DNA of 63,463 bases, counting the filler, from Sphaeroforma arctica JP610 (Eukaryota), in assembly GCF_001186125.1 (NCBI RefSeq). It is 5 parts of 3 records of this genome, joined end to end, with 100 filler letters (N's around TTAATTAATTAA, not from the genome) between each part and the next. Parts side by side here need not be neighbours in the genome. Positions count along the whole stretch, not along the records: positions 17,271 to 40,813 come from NW_014040557.1; 4 more parts are not named here. One strand, given 5' to 3'. Made by a program: the position numbers and the translations under genes. Below the pieces are notes generated by a model. That model did not search any database and was not told the origin of the DNA. It worked only from the letters and a program-made list of their open reading frames with translations. This document shows, in pieces, positions 23,888 to 37,534 of the stretch; position 1 is the first letter of the stretch, and every line of letters starts with the position of its first letter.

Positions 23888-26039
23888 GTTCTAGTTTTTT
23901 AGAAGTTCGGTTTTTTGAATATCACATTTATGTACGATATCATTGCAGTTTGTTATCGAATTTTAAATAGATTTATACTACTTAACTACGTGCTATTGCT
24001 CAGGGTGAGGCACATAGCGAGATAACCCATAGTGCAAATTTTCATCTTAGTGATATCTACATATTCTAAGTCCTAATCAAATTGATCGATACCACGGGAT
24101 TGAAGCGGTATATATCTATCGTCCGCTGCCTCAAAGTTTTTTTTGCTAAGAAACTTGTGTCATACAAGTCGATAGCATATCTGCTTTTAATGTTAACTTT
24201 ATCTAGCAAAGTGACTATGGAATGCCTTCAAATAAGTACTAAACCAAACAGCAATAAATAAATGGTATAGTTCTTCGGCAAGACGAGGCCAAATGAATCA
24301 GAACTTGTAGTGTCAAGTGTGAAAAATGAAGTTTAATGTGTTCTTGTGTGCTGGTATACAATTCAACAATGTAGTCTGACCTAAACTAGTGTACAATTGA
24401 GCAGTAGCGAGCAGGATCAATCAGATAATCCATTCCATGTACTTCCGCCAGTGAGCATTTTTAGATTAGAAAATAATAATAATAATAAGCTGACCAGTTG
24501 CTCTATCTCTACCATACAAATCGCAGTTTGATGTAAAGGTAGATGTAAAACAAGGCTGTGCATCAAATTTAAATGTGCTCAATAAGTGAATCGTTTGCAT
24601 AGTGGCGTATAGATATAGGCATTTTATTCACAGCTAGTCGAGACAATGGCAACGCCGTTTTCAGGGTTTATATTTATCGACAGGTCTTATACATCAGGAC
24701 ACCCAAAAGGTAGCATTTATGAGACAACAGGTTAGATGTATAAAGAGTCGTAAGGTCTGAATGTAAGTAGTTATTTGACCTAGGCACAATATCAAACGGA
24801 TATAAAGTCTTTAAGCATATAGAAGCAAATGTCAGCCGAAATACTACGCAACCCTTTTTTTAAGTCTACTGTTGAATGTACGATGCTTCATTACCCTGAC
24901 TCTGATTATGAACAAAATGAACCTTATAGACAGCAATATAGGAAATAATAGTTTCGGTTATGGGCATCGCGGCTCTGCTTTGAGTTGTTTTTTACAAAAA
25001 TTGATAGTGATTTTGATTATAAACCGGCATTGGACACAAAAAATTATGTTAAGATTCAACAGGACGAAAGTGAACGGGATTAGTGATTATTATGGTTGTA
25101 ATGTACTAGTAGAGTATAACATTGACAGGCTTAGAGCCTTCAGAAAACTGAGGGTCTTTTCATACTGTACAAAGAATAGAGAAAAAATTGTATTTATCTA
25201 GAATAATGCTCACTGAAACGTAAGTTGTAGCTAGATATTTGTTGTATTAGTTGATCACTGTCAGTTAGTTCGATATCCATGTACCAGGACTGTCGGTCTT
25301 TGTAATACGTGGGCCTCCACATTAGACTCTTATGTTATAAAAGTACTCTTAAACAGTACGTAAACTATAAATTCGAGGAAATTAAGTTTCCTAAATGGTT
25401 TTTAACGGTTTTATTAATTAATACCTTTTCCATTTTACATATCAGATATTTGGACAAGGCCATTAAAAGGCCCCAGTAAAATACCAAACATAAGGTTTGG
25501 CCTAGTTCTATTAATAGAACTATATTTATTTTCCAAATCAATTTATATCTGAATACTTCGGTAGCGAGATGGCTCAACCGAATATAGGTTTCTAGGGACT
25601 ATTAGCGTTACCTAGTTTAACCTCCGTTCAGCCAACCAGATGTGCCAGCCTGATGAAGGCTAAGTCGGTAATTCTTGATAAGTGGCAGGTTATTGGTTAA
25701 TACATTAACTATGGACATCAAGAGTATTTTTCTTTTTTCTATTCTTTTTTTTCTAAAGATAGGATTTTATGAGTATCTCGGATTCGCCCCAACGAAACAT
25801 ACCATAGTTTCTAATAGAGCGACAACGAAACACTAAATAAAATCCCTTCGGCGAAAACAGTACTGAGAGGATTATATATAGGCAATGTCTCAGCCCTCAG
25901 AGTATTGCTGTTTTTACGAGGCATACCTAACTTTACTAAAAGACTCATTTCGTTTATTTATTTCGAATTTAACTATACTTAGACTTAACCTAAGCGTTTA
26001 ATTACTCTAAGGCGTTAATATCGCCTTGATAGACCGAAT

Positions 26040-27480
26040 CTTGCAAGCCGGTGGGGCCTAAGCTACAAGCATTGGAGGTTCTGAAGGAGCCCGAGGCTGC
26101 GCTGTACGATCCTGGGGGTCCGATTGGTTATGCACAGATGCCACGATCGATACTTGTGAGGCGATGATCTCGACTGATCGGCGGTGTTGGTGCTAGCTGG
26201 GGGAAGTCGGCTAAGGCGGACAGGGGTACTGATGGGCCTTTATCAGTCACCTGGCTACTACGTTGTATTAAGTCATAATTGGTCTCGCCAGATAGCAGGG
26301 CCAGCCGCGGTACTTGAGGGTGGGATGAGATCGTAGGCAATCCGAATCCAGCTCGGTAATCGTTGCACTGGTCAATGGCGACCTGTTCTGCATTCCACTA
26401 TTGTGTGCCAGAAGTGTGGGAGTAACTGTACAGACACCGGCACCAATCACCCTATTGCTGGCGTCCGGTGTGGCTACCAGGAGTCTGTGTGGTAGTGGTT
26501 GGTAGAGGCGTATACAGAGAGCTATAGCCGACAGGAGGTAAGTGTGTGCTATATCGTGAGTCGTGTCTCATTTAAATATAACACCCTCATGCGTGAGGTC
26601 GGAGAGGACCGCTGCCTGTACTGCATATCCTGGTATATAGTTAGCCCACCAGGACATCACAGCGATTAAGCTAATATACAAGTTCCTGTCAACGATTCGT
26701 TGGCGCTGGTCGGTCGAACAGGGCTTCAGCTCGTTTAAACATGATGGCCGATGTGTTACGAATGTTCTCTCTTCAAAGAAGCTGATGATACAATCCATGA
26801 GCATAGCCCATTAGCATTTGTATATCCTTTTTGATGCAGTTAAGTGCGACCCGAAATATATCGTTCTAGTGAACGTTAAGGGCTTTGAGGTTTGTTTGTG
26901 CTGCCTTACAGCGAAAGGTCGCTAAGTTGCCGTCATCAAGGTACGCTTTGAATGCCTTTTTTCAGTCGAAAAGTTGTGTCCATATAATGTTGCATGTCGT
27001 AGCAATCATTCTCCACCCCTTTGATAAGGCACCTGTGTTGATGAAAGCGACTATCCGCCGTTGTAAACGTAAGACAGCCTCGCGAATCAGGGTGCAATAA
27101 GAGCTGATGATATGATGTCGCTAGGTCCGCCGCCAACTGTATGATCGCGTTGCGGGAGTTTTCGGCCATGTCTGCTTCAATTGAAAGCTGGTATGGGAAA
27201 TTATGTAGCCCAACGGTTAATCGAGACGTACCTGTTGTTCATTCGGTAGTGGTCAGGGCATGTTGGTGTAATCTTGTAATCCTTTCGGACGATCCTCACT
27301 GAGCTCATCCACTGACTGAAACTACTACCCTCTTCCGCTTTACCATCCCTATAGTTCTGCTCCATATTCACCGTCTCAACGGCTTAGAGTACTGGGTCCC
27401 GGGTAAATGTTCCTGTGCCTGGGAAATAGGGGATCTAACCGGGCACTTCACCCGTGAGAGGTCCAGCTGGAACTTCGGGG
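26040..27480 (-). pseudogene. Decayed Ty3/gypsy pol fragment (RT + connection + RNase H)
   Basis: Frameshifted pieces: 'SQWMSSVRIVRK...YRMNNRYVSIN', 'DLATSYHQLLLHPDSRGCLTFTT', 'YLDDGNL', 'SWWANYIPGYAVQAAVLSDLTHEGVIFK*', and RNase H 'LVATPDASNRVIGAGV'. Confidence 0.85.
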
Positions 27481-28059
27481 GGCTGGTCGACTGGTCCCAA
27501 GAGATGCCGATGAGTTTCGTCAAATGATTGAGATAAGGATATGTCCCCTAAAAGGCTCTCTTTTTCCTCCCTTTGCCTCAAACAATTTTATAAAAATGCC
27601 TCAATAGCGCTCGCTCCCGGCAAATTCAAAAATAAATAATTCAAAATTGCGTCATTTGTTTACATAGTATCGTTATTCGTATGCCGAGATCGGGTAACAA
27701 GGAGTGTTCCTGGTTAGCAGTGAGAGCTCAAGGGAGCTCAAGACCCAAACACGTGACATGTTCCATTGGTAGAAAAGATCAGAAGAGCTCAAAAGACCTC
27801 AATAATCATGACTTCATTGAATGTTAACAGAATATAGTCATTAGATTTGAGCTTAGATACGAGGTTCTACTGACTTAAATATAATCTAATATGAAATTTT
27901 ACAGGGTCTAAGTCCGCGCTCAATTTTGTCGGTCCAATTTTGCACCATCTTCCGAACCGCTCATACTTATGACTCACATTATTGTTTTAGATTATGCGTG
28001 TGTATATATAAAATACATAGTTTTGTAGTCAGAACCGTATAGTACATAGGCGTTTGAGA

Positions 28060-30450
28060 TAGTGGTGTTATTATCTAGAAGAGGGGCGAGGGCCTTGAAT
28101 AACAACACAGCAGCTGATGACCCTGCAGCAATCGATGTTGACGATGATTATGAACCGGTTATTAATGATGCAGAAGAGAATGAAGTTGTGGACGTCAATG
28201 ATGAACTGGATGATGTTGTGGATGTTGATAAGGACGAAGAGGGTGACCAAGCCGAGTATGCTTCTTATGAAGGTACCTTTGGTGATGATGGTGATGTCCC
28301 GGGGGATAATAAAGGCATGTCAGGTGGTCCTGAACCAGTGTCTGTGTATCGTCACGTACTCAAGGACATATTCCATCTTATGGACTTGATCAAGGTGAGC
28401 AAAAGGCATGGCTACCACTGGCACTTTTGACAGCTATTTAGGGATGCCTTGTATATCGATAATGCTGACGCTAGACAAGCAGTAGAGACTGTACTAGCAT
28501 CATGTGGTTTATTATATACTAAGATGCTCACTACAGTACGAGGCCTGCATTAAATTCGACGTCGAGCACCACGAATTGTACCGCCACCTGGTCGTTTGCA
28601 ATTGAGAGTCGGAAGAGTTTTCGATATGTTCAGAGATTAAGTCGATACAGTCACTCACGAGCCTCTCTTGCTAAACCTCGGAAAGATAGTATGAATAGTG
28701 CTTAAGCTAGTAGCATAAGAATATGTTTACGATCCTCCAGGAGTGAAGTTATTTGTTCCTAATGGGACTGATAAACACGGTCTCAAACTTTATAAGTATC
28801 CTCGAGGTACAAATAGTGTGAAAGCAGGTGTTCATCAGGCAGTGAGTAGGAAGTTCGTATGTAAGATAATTAGTGGAAGATTCTCAGATGATGTCCTCGC
28901 TTACTTCCGACACAAACGCAATTATAAACAGGCTATTGCTAGACTTGGGGTACTAGGTGTTGGTCATTTTTTCATACAACTGGTAGATGTGCCATAATAT
29001 ATTCCAAATTAACAGGCGAGGTTTACAGAGAACGGCCGTATGCGTACAAAGATTACCGTACAGTGGGTATGGTTTGGCCCCGGACAGACGATTATGTTCG
29101 AACTGATGAATCCTTCGGGATCGCTAGGCTCAATCATTTGTTTGAGGGCGAATTAACTGATGAGTTGTATAATAAGCTGAGGCGTAGTGGACAAGCCAAG
29201 GACCACCAATGCCTATGTTGCAGAAGCACAAGGATTACCATGCCTATGTAGAGATATGCAAACTCGAGAAGAATGGAGACTTTTTGAGAGACTCGATAGA
29301 GAACCAGAGTCAAGAGGATTGCGACTTGGATCGCGACTGTATATGCGTGAGATCAAGACACAATGGTATACCTACGTCTGTGGTCAGAATACAAGTACCT
29401 AGGTTTTAGTTCTTTATTTTAGCTACTATAGTTTTTTTACAGTATAATCTGATATACTTGGTTTTGCTGACTATTACAGCACATGACTTATGACTCACTT
29501 TTAGAGTCACTAATTTTACAATTACTAATAAATGAACAACGTCTCCCTCTCTATGGAGGGAGAACGTTGCGATACAGTTATTGAAGCGTTCGTTTACCAC
29601 ACGTCGATGGAGTTAACTACTTCCTTAAACTACCAATCCACACGAAACAGCAGTCGCCCACCTTAAGAAGCGAGCAGATGTTCATAAGAACATAGTGGAG
29701 AATCAGCGTGAAGTTCGAGGCTTACACCGTGAACTAATGAACGAGGATGTATCCTTTAAAGTAACAAAGGATAATACTGAGACACTAGAATAGGCACAGG
29801 CATTCAACGAGTCGCGACCTCCGCCACCTAAACAGCCTATTGTGGGTGATTTAGGACTCAACTACCTTCCACCATTGCATCAAGCACGGGGTACAAGTTA
29901 TTTAAACAAGCCAAAAGCAAGTGAAAAACTAATTATATCGACAGATAACGATAGCACAGTAGAGCCAAAAAGGGAAGAAGAGCAAGACATGAGATGCCGA
30001 TCAGAACAGGTTCAATAGTAGCAATCAACCAACCACAAGCACCACACAATACACATCAATCGGGCATATATGTCCAGAGATACATGCCTAATCCAATACA
30101 AGCTACACGTGTAGTAACTCCAGACGGACGGACATTTATCCAGATGATTCCGTATGATCTATACAACCGACCACACTACCAAAACGGAATTCAGATAGAA
30201 CACATTACCACACAGTTGCCTCCTCAACCCCAGGAGTTGTTTTCTCAACAACAGAAGATGTCTCAATCCCAGGACGATGCCACTGACACAACAGCAGCTG
30301 AAGAGGTCAAGACTGATGATGAACAGCTGCCGCCTGAAGCGTACATTATGGAAGGTCGTGTAAGAAAATGATGTTCTCGCTGTGGCGATAATCAATCATG
30401 TGGACGCTCATACGGAGGTACTTGCAATTTGGATCTTAAAAATAGCAATT
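28060..30450 (+). pseudogene. C-terminal half of a Zisupton/DUF6729-type DNA transposase, with many stops and frameshifts
   Basis: An acidic linker precedes 'RHVLKDIFHLMDLIKVSKRHG...FRDALY', 'RRRAPRIVPPP', 'YVYDPPGV.LF..GTDKHGLKLYKYPRGTNSVKAGVHQ...FRHKRN' (the expected catalytic E reads K), and a terminal Cys cluster 'CSRCG...C...C'. Confidence 0.75.
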
Positions 30451-30486
30451 AAAATTCCATTATATTTGTGTGTAAACAAATATGCT

Positions 30487-33116
30487 TTAATCCAATTTCT
30501 TCATTAACATATAAACACTACAAGCGACTAGAAACGGAGTTGTCTCAAAAGCTCCATAATTCTCTCGTTGTAAACCATCTTGAGTCACATTTGGGTAGCA
30601 TAGTGCAGCATGAGAATTGATTACATGTGGGACCGGCACTATACGACGATTATATGCGCCTTTGGGTACATTGACTAGGCCTTCATCTCTCTCTTTACAT
30701 TCCAATTCTGCGTGCTACCGTTCTCTCTATGGAGTTTCCAACCAGAAGTAGCGGCTACTGTGTTGCATAGTACGCCCTCGGCTACAATTTTGCTTTCCGA
30801 CTTGGTGTAGAGCAGTATGGCGCCTTCACTATCGGATTCCTGTATGTTTCGCAGTGGTGTTTCCTTCCCTAGAATATACAACTTATAGGGCGTATGTATA
30901 TCTAGTGCTGCGTAATTCATTTGTTGTTCACTCAGATCGAGGGCACTCCAATTTCCGCATCGTATACTATTTGTTTTAGTTAGAAATTCATGGATGAGTA
31001 GCAGTAGCTTTCTCTATGAGTCGTTTCTCTTTGAGATAAACGGCAAGATTGCAGCCACCTGTCATTTTGATCTCATATAACTTGCGCATGTGTCGGATAT
31101 CGAGGGAGATCACCTTAGACCCCACCCATATGGCGCCGTCTTGTTCAAGGAAGCTACGCAACTGCTGCGAAAAGTTATCTTCGTTGTCGGCCATAAGGTA
31201 TTGCAAGCGTTTCAGTAAACCTACTTTATCAGTACCCACTTGAATTAGATCAATCTTCTGGGGATTACCCCCTGCTGCAGGTACTTCCCACTCTGTATCG
31301 AAGGCATAAACATGTGTGTGTGTGTGTGTGTGTGTGTGGTGTTCATGTTTGTGTTCACTAGTGAGGTCAATCCATGGGCGAGTTAATCCATACTCGTTAT
31401 AATTATTCTGTTGTATACGGCTGGCAGTGTACATAGCGGTAGATTCGTGTCATTAGTGGGTTCTACTTCTGGAGGCACTTCATTATTTTATAGTGACTGT
31501 GGCGCCGCACGTTTGAGCATCGGCTCGTTTCACGTTATCTGTGTACACTATTCAATCCTGTACACCTTGCCGGATATAACGATCAGCTATGTCCTTAATA
31601 GATTTTTCAATTTCAATCGTCGACTTTGTTGTGTTGCAGAACAACATCTGCAGAATCTGCTCATATTCATCCACTATCGAGAACAGCGAGCCATAATACC
31701 TACGCATTTTGCTATCATGCGCGCGTTTAGGTAGTTTAAAGCTAAAATTTACTTTTATGATTGTACCTGAAAGGTTCTGCATTCTCAAGTCGTAGTATTC
31801 TCGGTCATTCGCTGCAATATCATGTAGAAGGTCGCCAAGGAATCTATTGCTGAAGAAACTACCGCAGTAATTCTTGGGATCGGCGGAAAGTGAGAAGTCT
31901 TTCGCTTTCTTTGAGCAATCAGGGATCTCTGCTACGCATCTCTCAGTTAAAATGTTGAAGTGTGTTAATAGGTATGAATACCAGGCTAGAGACATTCCGT
32001 ATATGTTTTCAGGTATCTACTTTTAACAGCCTCTCTTAAGTTATTCACTGTCCAACCCTCAAATAATTGTAGAAGCAGACCGGCAGCGAGTTGTCCTTCA
32101 AACCCGCTACGTGCTGTCAAGAACGCTTGAAAATTTAACTGTGGATGTTCGGGCAACGCTGCAATTAATCAGAGTTATTGGGCTATAAAGCGCTTGTCGC
32201 AGTCCTTACATGTATAACGCCAGTCCTTGTATCTATCCCACCCAAAATCACGACGTGATCTTGGTTTTTCTGGCCATCCGTCTGGTCCCGTCTTCAATGA
32301 TTGACACATGGGGCAGGTAAGCTTGGTTTTATAGTATATATCTGAGAGCAAATGAAGACATCTGGAATATAATAAGGGTTTGGTACGAGAACTTGGTTCT
32401 TTTTTGGTCGCAAGGCCACACAAGGTGGGATTTGGGGCACGAATCCACATCGATTTATTCAAATACTCCAACAAAGCTGTTGCGGAAGTCTTACAACATT
32501 TCGAGATCTTATCATAAACACTCTCTATGTAATACAGCACTAAAATTTCGCCGTCAGGTCTAGGACCATCGGATGTGGTAGACTCCGCTCTTTGTATTTG
32601 AGATGCATGTACGCCAGCATCTTGCAGTAAAGGGTCGTTTAAACGTGTGAATGATGTGTTCGTCACATTACTAATCACTACGTCCTCGCTACTGTTTAAA
32701 GCTGCAGTATTATCTGTGTCATTTGATAGTATTGCCACCGACGTACTCGAAATTTGAGGAATCAAAGCTTGGTCGACGATCTCCGCATGCGCATGAACGA
32801 TCTCCGCTTGCGATTGTATCGACGACCTCCGCAAGAGCATCAACGATCTCAGTCTGATCTGGTTAAGGTGTGTGTGTTTCTGTTGGTTGAGGGTCAGCTG
32901 CTGCATATGTGTCTGTGTCTGCGATTGTTGGTGTTGGTGCGGTGGATGTGACAGAAGTTTTTGCTATGTCAGCAAATTGAAACAGAGTCGGTTGATCAGG
33001 GTTGGCCGCCAACCCCCCTAAAGTCTTAAACTCTGCTGTGCGCGAGGCCTACCTGGGTTTTTCCGTTTACCGCCGGAGCCTTTTTTGTACTGTTGCATGT
33101 TGCCGTGTTTGCCCAT
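30487..33116 (-). pseudogene. N-terminal half of the same type of transposase, with an inserted DEDDy (WRN/RNase D-like) 3'-5' exonuclease domain
   Basis: ATG at 33116 gives 'MGKHG...KRKNPGRPR' (AT-hook-like). Then 'LTCPMC...GWPEKPRSRR...RYTCKDC', 'LSGTIIKVNFSFK...LFSIVDEYEQI...TTKS' and 'VYTDN'. Exonuclease motifs: 'AFDTEW...LIQVG...WVGSKVISLD' and 'NWSALDLSEQQMNYAALD'. Confidence 0.78.
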
Positions 33117-33629
33117 ACTGGTGGTGGTGACGATGAGTATAACGGCAGGTACGGAGGTGGGAGAGTCTGTGGTAGTACAGGACTACAGGGGCTGTGTGTG
33201 TTGATTCTGTTGCTGTGAGTGTTTCCTGTTTCTGACTATGAGAAAATATATGTTTTTTTCGGTCGCTCAACCAAAAGACGCGCGCAACGCGCCTAATTTT
33301 TATTTATTAAAAATGTTCGCTCCGCGAACACCCGATGTATTCAAAAAATCGATGTGTCCTATATTTATGTATTGTAGCATAGAACATACGGAGAGATCAT
33401 CCGCTGTGGTTTTCAGACGTTCCGGTTGAGTATACAGACAGTATTTTGCACGGATGACCGCAAAAGTTTACCATTTTAGTGCAGGACCCGCTTACTTTAC
33501 AACAGGTCTCATCGCCCCTCCTTCTTCCGGCCAAAATGTTACCCCAATAGACCGAAAGCTGGGTATATTTATAAATGTATGTATATAAATGCATTTCTGT
33601 TAATGCGTGAGAGAACGTCAAATACACGT

Positions 33630-33895
33630 GACTGTGAACTGTATAAGTAAACTTTATCAGAGCATCTGCCCTATCAGCAAGTGTACTCTGTGCTTTATGT
33701 TTGATTAGACTATTGAACAATTGCCTACGACGTGCTTATACTGACCCGTCATTGCCTGAAAGGATGTCAGATGCACTTGACTGTGAACAATATAAGTGAA
33801 ATCTACCAGAGTATCTGCCCTATCAACAAATGTAAGCTATGCTTTCTGTTTGATTAGACTATTGATCAATTGCCTGTATCATGCATGTACTGACC
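33630..33895. repeat. Diverged ~149-bp tandem duplication
   Basis: gactgtgaac...aga(g)(c/t)atctgccctatca...gtttgattagactattga..caattgcct starts at ~33630 and again at ~33779. Confidence 0.8.
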
Positions 33896-36800
33896 TAAGC
33901 ATCTTACTGACAAACATATAAAAACGTGTATAGTTCCCGTTATAATCCTGTTCACATACCTGCGATTTTCTAAGTAAACAACAGTCTTAGGATGTGGTTC
34001 GAGTGTAGCAACTTTTGTTTTGTGCAGTATATTGGTCGCAGTCCTCACCAATTTCAAATTATGCTAGTAATACACACCTCTATGGGTATCTGGCTCACTC
34101 GATTAGGCAATGAGGCTTCAATTAATTCCATCTATTACCGCCCTATATGCACGATTTGAGTCAAGATTTTTCACTTGTTGCTACTGGACAGAAGGTTCTA
34201 TATAGAGGTAATACTATACAATCGCGCGGGATATATGATCGAAAAACCACTTGGACTGAATCTGAAGGTCATATACCACTCTCACAACATTAGCTGAGGC
34301 CGGTCTTTGCCTACAAGTCACTTGGTTGTCAACAGCGACGCATATAAAAGTTGCACACGAGCAGTTGCAGAAAGCGACACATCGCCATAATTGGTTCTGC
34401 AGCGCAGCTTAATTATCCTGAAATATCATGGAAAAGCATATATTTGTATACTACTTGAACGTTAGTAGTGATCTGAGACACTGGTCCTTAGTCTGTTGCT
34501 AGTTTACCAACTGACCATCTGTGTGTATCCCACACTAGCACACTATTACACGTGGGGTTTTCCTGATGTACCCCTTGCTAGACGGTGCACTTGTGAGAAC
34601 AAAGATCTCTTCCTTTCACGTACAATTGTACAGAGCGTGTTCGCATTGTCTCCTGATTCAATGCTGAGCATTTTTTTTTGCGTGTGATCGATCTGCAAAT
34701 GCATGTACACATATACGTCGTCCAGAAGTTCTCAATTTGTAAACATATACATTTCAGCTGTGTATCTGTCGCACGTGCGCGGGGGCCAAAAGAAGTTCTG
34801 TGAGCAGTAAACGGTTTATCGCAACGTGGTATCGACTTATCAAATCAAAAAAAGGTGCACTGAACCATAGGCATTGTACGTGACGCTAATATTTGAAAAA
34901 TAATTATGGCAGTTATCGCATAACAAAACTGAACTGATAACACATGTCTATACCAGTCGCCACTCGTACTATGCCTTTAAACGTCAACGATATACAAAGT
35001 GCTGATGGGTGGGTCAGGCAAATATGTATCAGTCCTTGAAAACGGTGAAGCTAGAGTGAAATTAGCGTCTAGGTCGACTGCAACCACATTTTTGAGCCAA
35101 AATTTTATATTCGGTTAATCAGTCCACTTCTTGGACTGTCTGGTGCGCTCCAGATGACCCGTATATGCCCCAAAAGGCACATTCTCTCTATACCGACACT
35201 TGATGTGTGCTGTTATTTAACGTGTGCTAATGAGAAGCCTCTCACATAAAAATCTACTGCGTACAGAGGAACCTGTGGCAATACAGGCCGCAAGCCCACC
35301 TGCCTTAGTTGATACCGGTATGATAACGAGTGCAAAACGGGACATTTCTCCGCCCATGACACAGTCATGATGGCAACCACTGTAGAAGGCTGTTCTCCGG
35401 TATGTATTGGGACCCGTGTCTGATGTCTGATAGGGTGGTATTCTCTTAGCATACAACCAGAGTAACAGATCACCCCGTATAGCCTGTATACACTCTCTGC
35501 GGCGCAAGTGACATCGCTTGACGTACGACATTTTGGCGTCACAGGCGTTGGTATGTCATGTAGTCGTTGGCCTGTGCGCGTCCCTAGTCTTGGAAAGGCT
35601 ATGCACACGATTTGCTGCTGAGAACTATTTCCTTCTCATTGTCGTAGGAGCTTCGGAAGACGCTGGTTGGTGTAGATGCACTGTGTAGAGCAAGCTCGAA
35701 GCTGCGCGAGCATGCCGAGGATAACTTGTACAAGCCATTGATCTTGTGCTCGGAAACACCTGGACTGGAAGAATCGGTAAGGCATTACATGTGCATTGTA
35801 TGTAGGCCGAATCACGTATCTGTGGGTGTAGGTCTGTACATGCTTACAGTAATGTGCATGCATGTGATTTTCTCAATATAACTGTTGTTTGTATTGTCAA
35901 TAATATTGTATTTGTAATTATAATGTATAATGTTTCTCAACCGTGATTCATGGTGGTGGTGCGTCATGTTGTAGGGTATTTGATGCGAGAACAGTCTGTA
36001 AAGATATTGTACGAGTCGCGCAGCTACTCAACCTTGCAACTTATTCCTATAGAGACGTATGCGGGAAATGTAATATGGTGGCCCTACGGCAAAAGCCCTG
36101 GGTAAACCACGTGCCAGGTGTCTTTGTGTGACCGCATCATGGCGGTTACAGCAGCTTATAGGCAAGACACATAGTGCGTTGTCCAACTGTTGAACTGACT
36201 CGATGTGACCCTCAAGGGCATGAATATATAGAACGGACAGAGTGCGTGTTACGGCTCATTTCAACAAGAATAAATGGTTATACGTAAGTATGGCGTGCTG
36301 TTCGTAGTGGCCAGCTTGTATTAGTTTTGGCTGAGAGATTATAAGTAGGTATCATCATTGATTGGTAGATTACATCAACGTGTGCACATCAAACCAAGTA
36401 TAGGGAATTGCCAAAACACCAGAAGATATAGTATCAGAACAAGTAGTAAGTTTGTCAAGCGGATTGCACGTCACATCACTATTTGTTCTATTGCATTGAC
36501 TGTCCTGTCCAATTAACCGGTATCAGTGCGAGACAATCTAGACTTAAAGGTATAGCTCATGCTATACATCTGAATCGCAGAGTAAACGCAACAGAATTGA
36601 ACGGCAACCCAGGCACATACATAGCGACCAAATAATAGGGTTCCTTCGTGTCAGCACTTTATGCAACCACTCATACTCTATCACAGTGTGTAACCTATAT
36701 ATATCTGCCGCTTCTCTCACAACCCCCAGGATGCCCAATCGGTCCAATTCATCAGCAACATGTTTGGTGTGCTGCTAGACTGTGTTGCGTTCATTGACGA

Positions 36801-37534
36801 CTGTACGCGCGTTACAGCACGGCTACTACAGATCATCTTTGCACTGGCCTGCGATCAAGAGAGTGTCTTCACAGGCTCTACACTGCTCGTAAGTCTTGTT
36901 TCTATCTGACTCGTAAATATTGTGATCATATTAAAACATAGCTTGTTTCGATTGTCGCGCACACGTGGCTGCCTAGAGTGACTATACTCTTCAAGATTAG
37001 ATCTTACTATGACTCGATTATAACATACCTTTGTAAGTTATATATGGAGTGGGGGCATATACACTTATAAACATACCGGAACACACATATAGAGAATCAG
37101 ACATTCTCCAATAATGTTCTCTTGTATCTCTTACTATTCACCGCAATAGGCATTACGCAATCAAGCGCAGCGAAATACATATATACCTACATCAGTCGGC
37201 TTAGCCTCCATTGGTTATCAGAGCCATTTCTGACCACCACAAACGTGTGCCTAAACATCAGGCGGACACTCAACATATTTGCCAACGAATACATAGCAGC
37301 AGTCTAACCACACCTCACCTCTGTCACTGCGCACCTCTCCTGCATAGCCGTTATACGCACACGTGTGCGAGCTGTTCGGTACTTTGTGTGGGTTGGAGGA
37401 GATCATCAGGCGCACACCAGCCATCCACACGTGCTGGCCTGTTTTTGAGTCTACGGTTGTCGGACGACGCGACGCTGCGAGCTCCACAGGGGGGGAGTCT
37501 GTAGAGTAAGATGTTCTGTACATTTTCAGCTCTG

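Noticed and set aside
24270..24360. piggyBac-like C-terminal Cys motif ('KCEK...NVFLC')
   Set aside because: It needs a frameshift, is very short, and has no accompanying transposase sequence.
25630..25680. Hammerhead ribozyme (ctgatga) or SSU rRNA fragment (gtgccagc...cggtaattc)
   Set aside because: There is no correctly placed GAAA core or stems, and no extended rRNA similarity.
19428..26570. TGA read as Trp (TGA at expected Trp sites 19428-19430, 21060, 22581, 26568)
   Set aside because: Host gene models end in TGA (8410, 47718) and use TGG for Trp. TGG-to-TGA is the commonest nonsense decay in dead elements, and the sequence contexts are mixed.
27900..33495. Terminal inverted repeats for the Zisupton-like element (gggtc at ~27903 / gaccc at ~33485)
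   Set aside because: Only about 5 bp match and no target-site duplication is evident.
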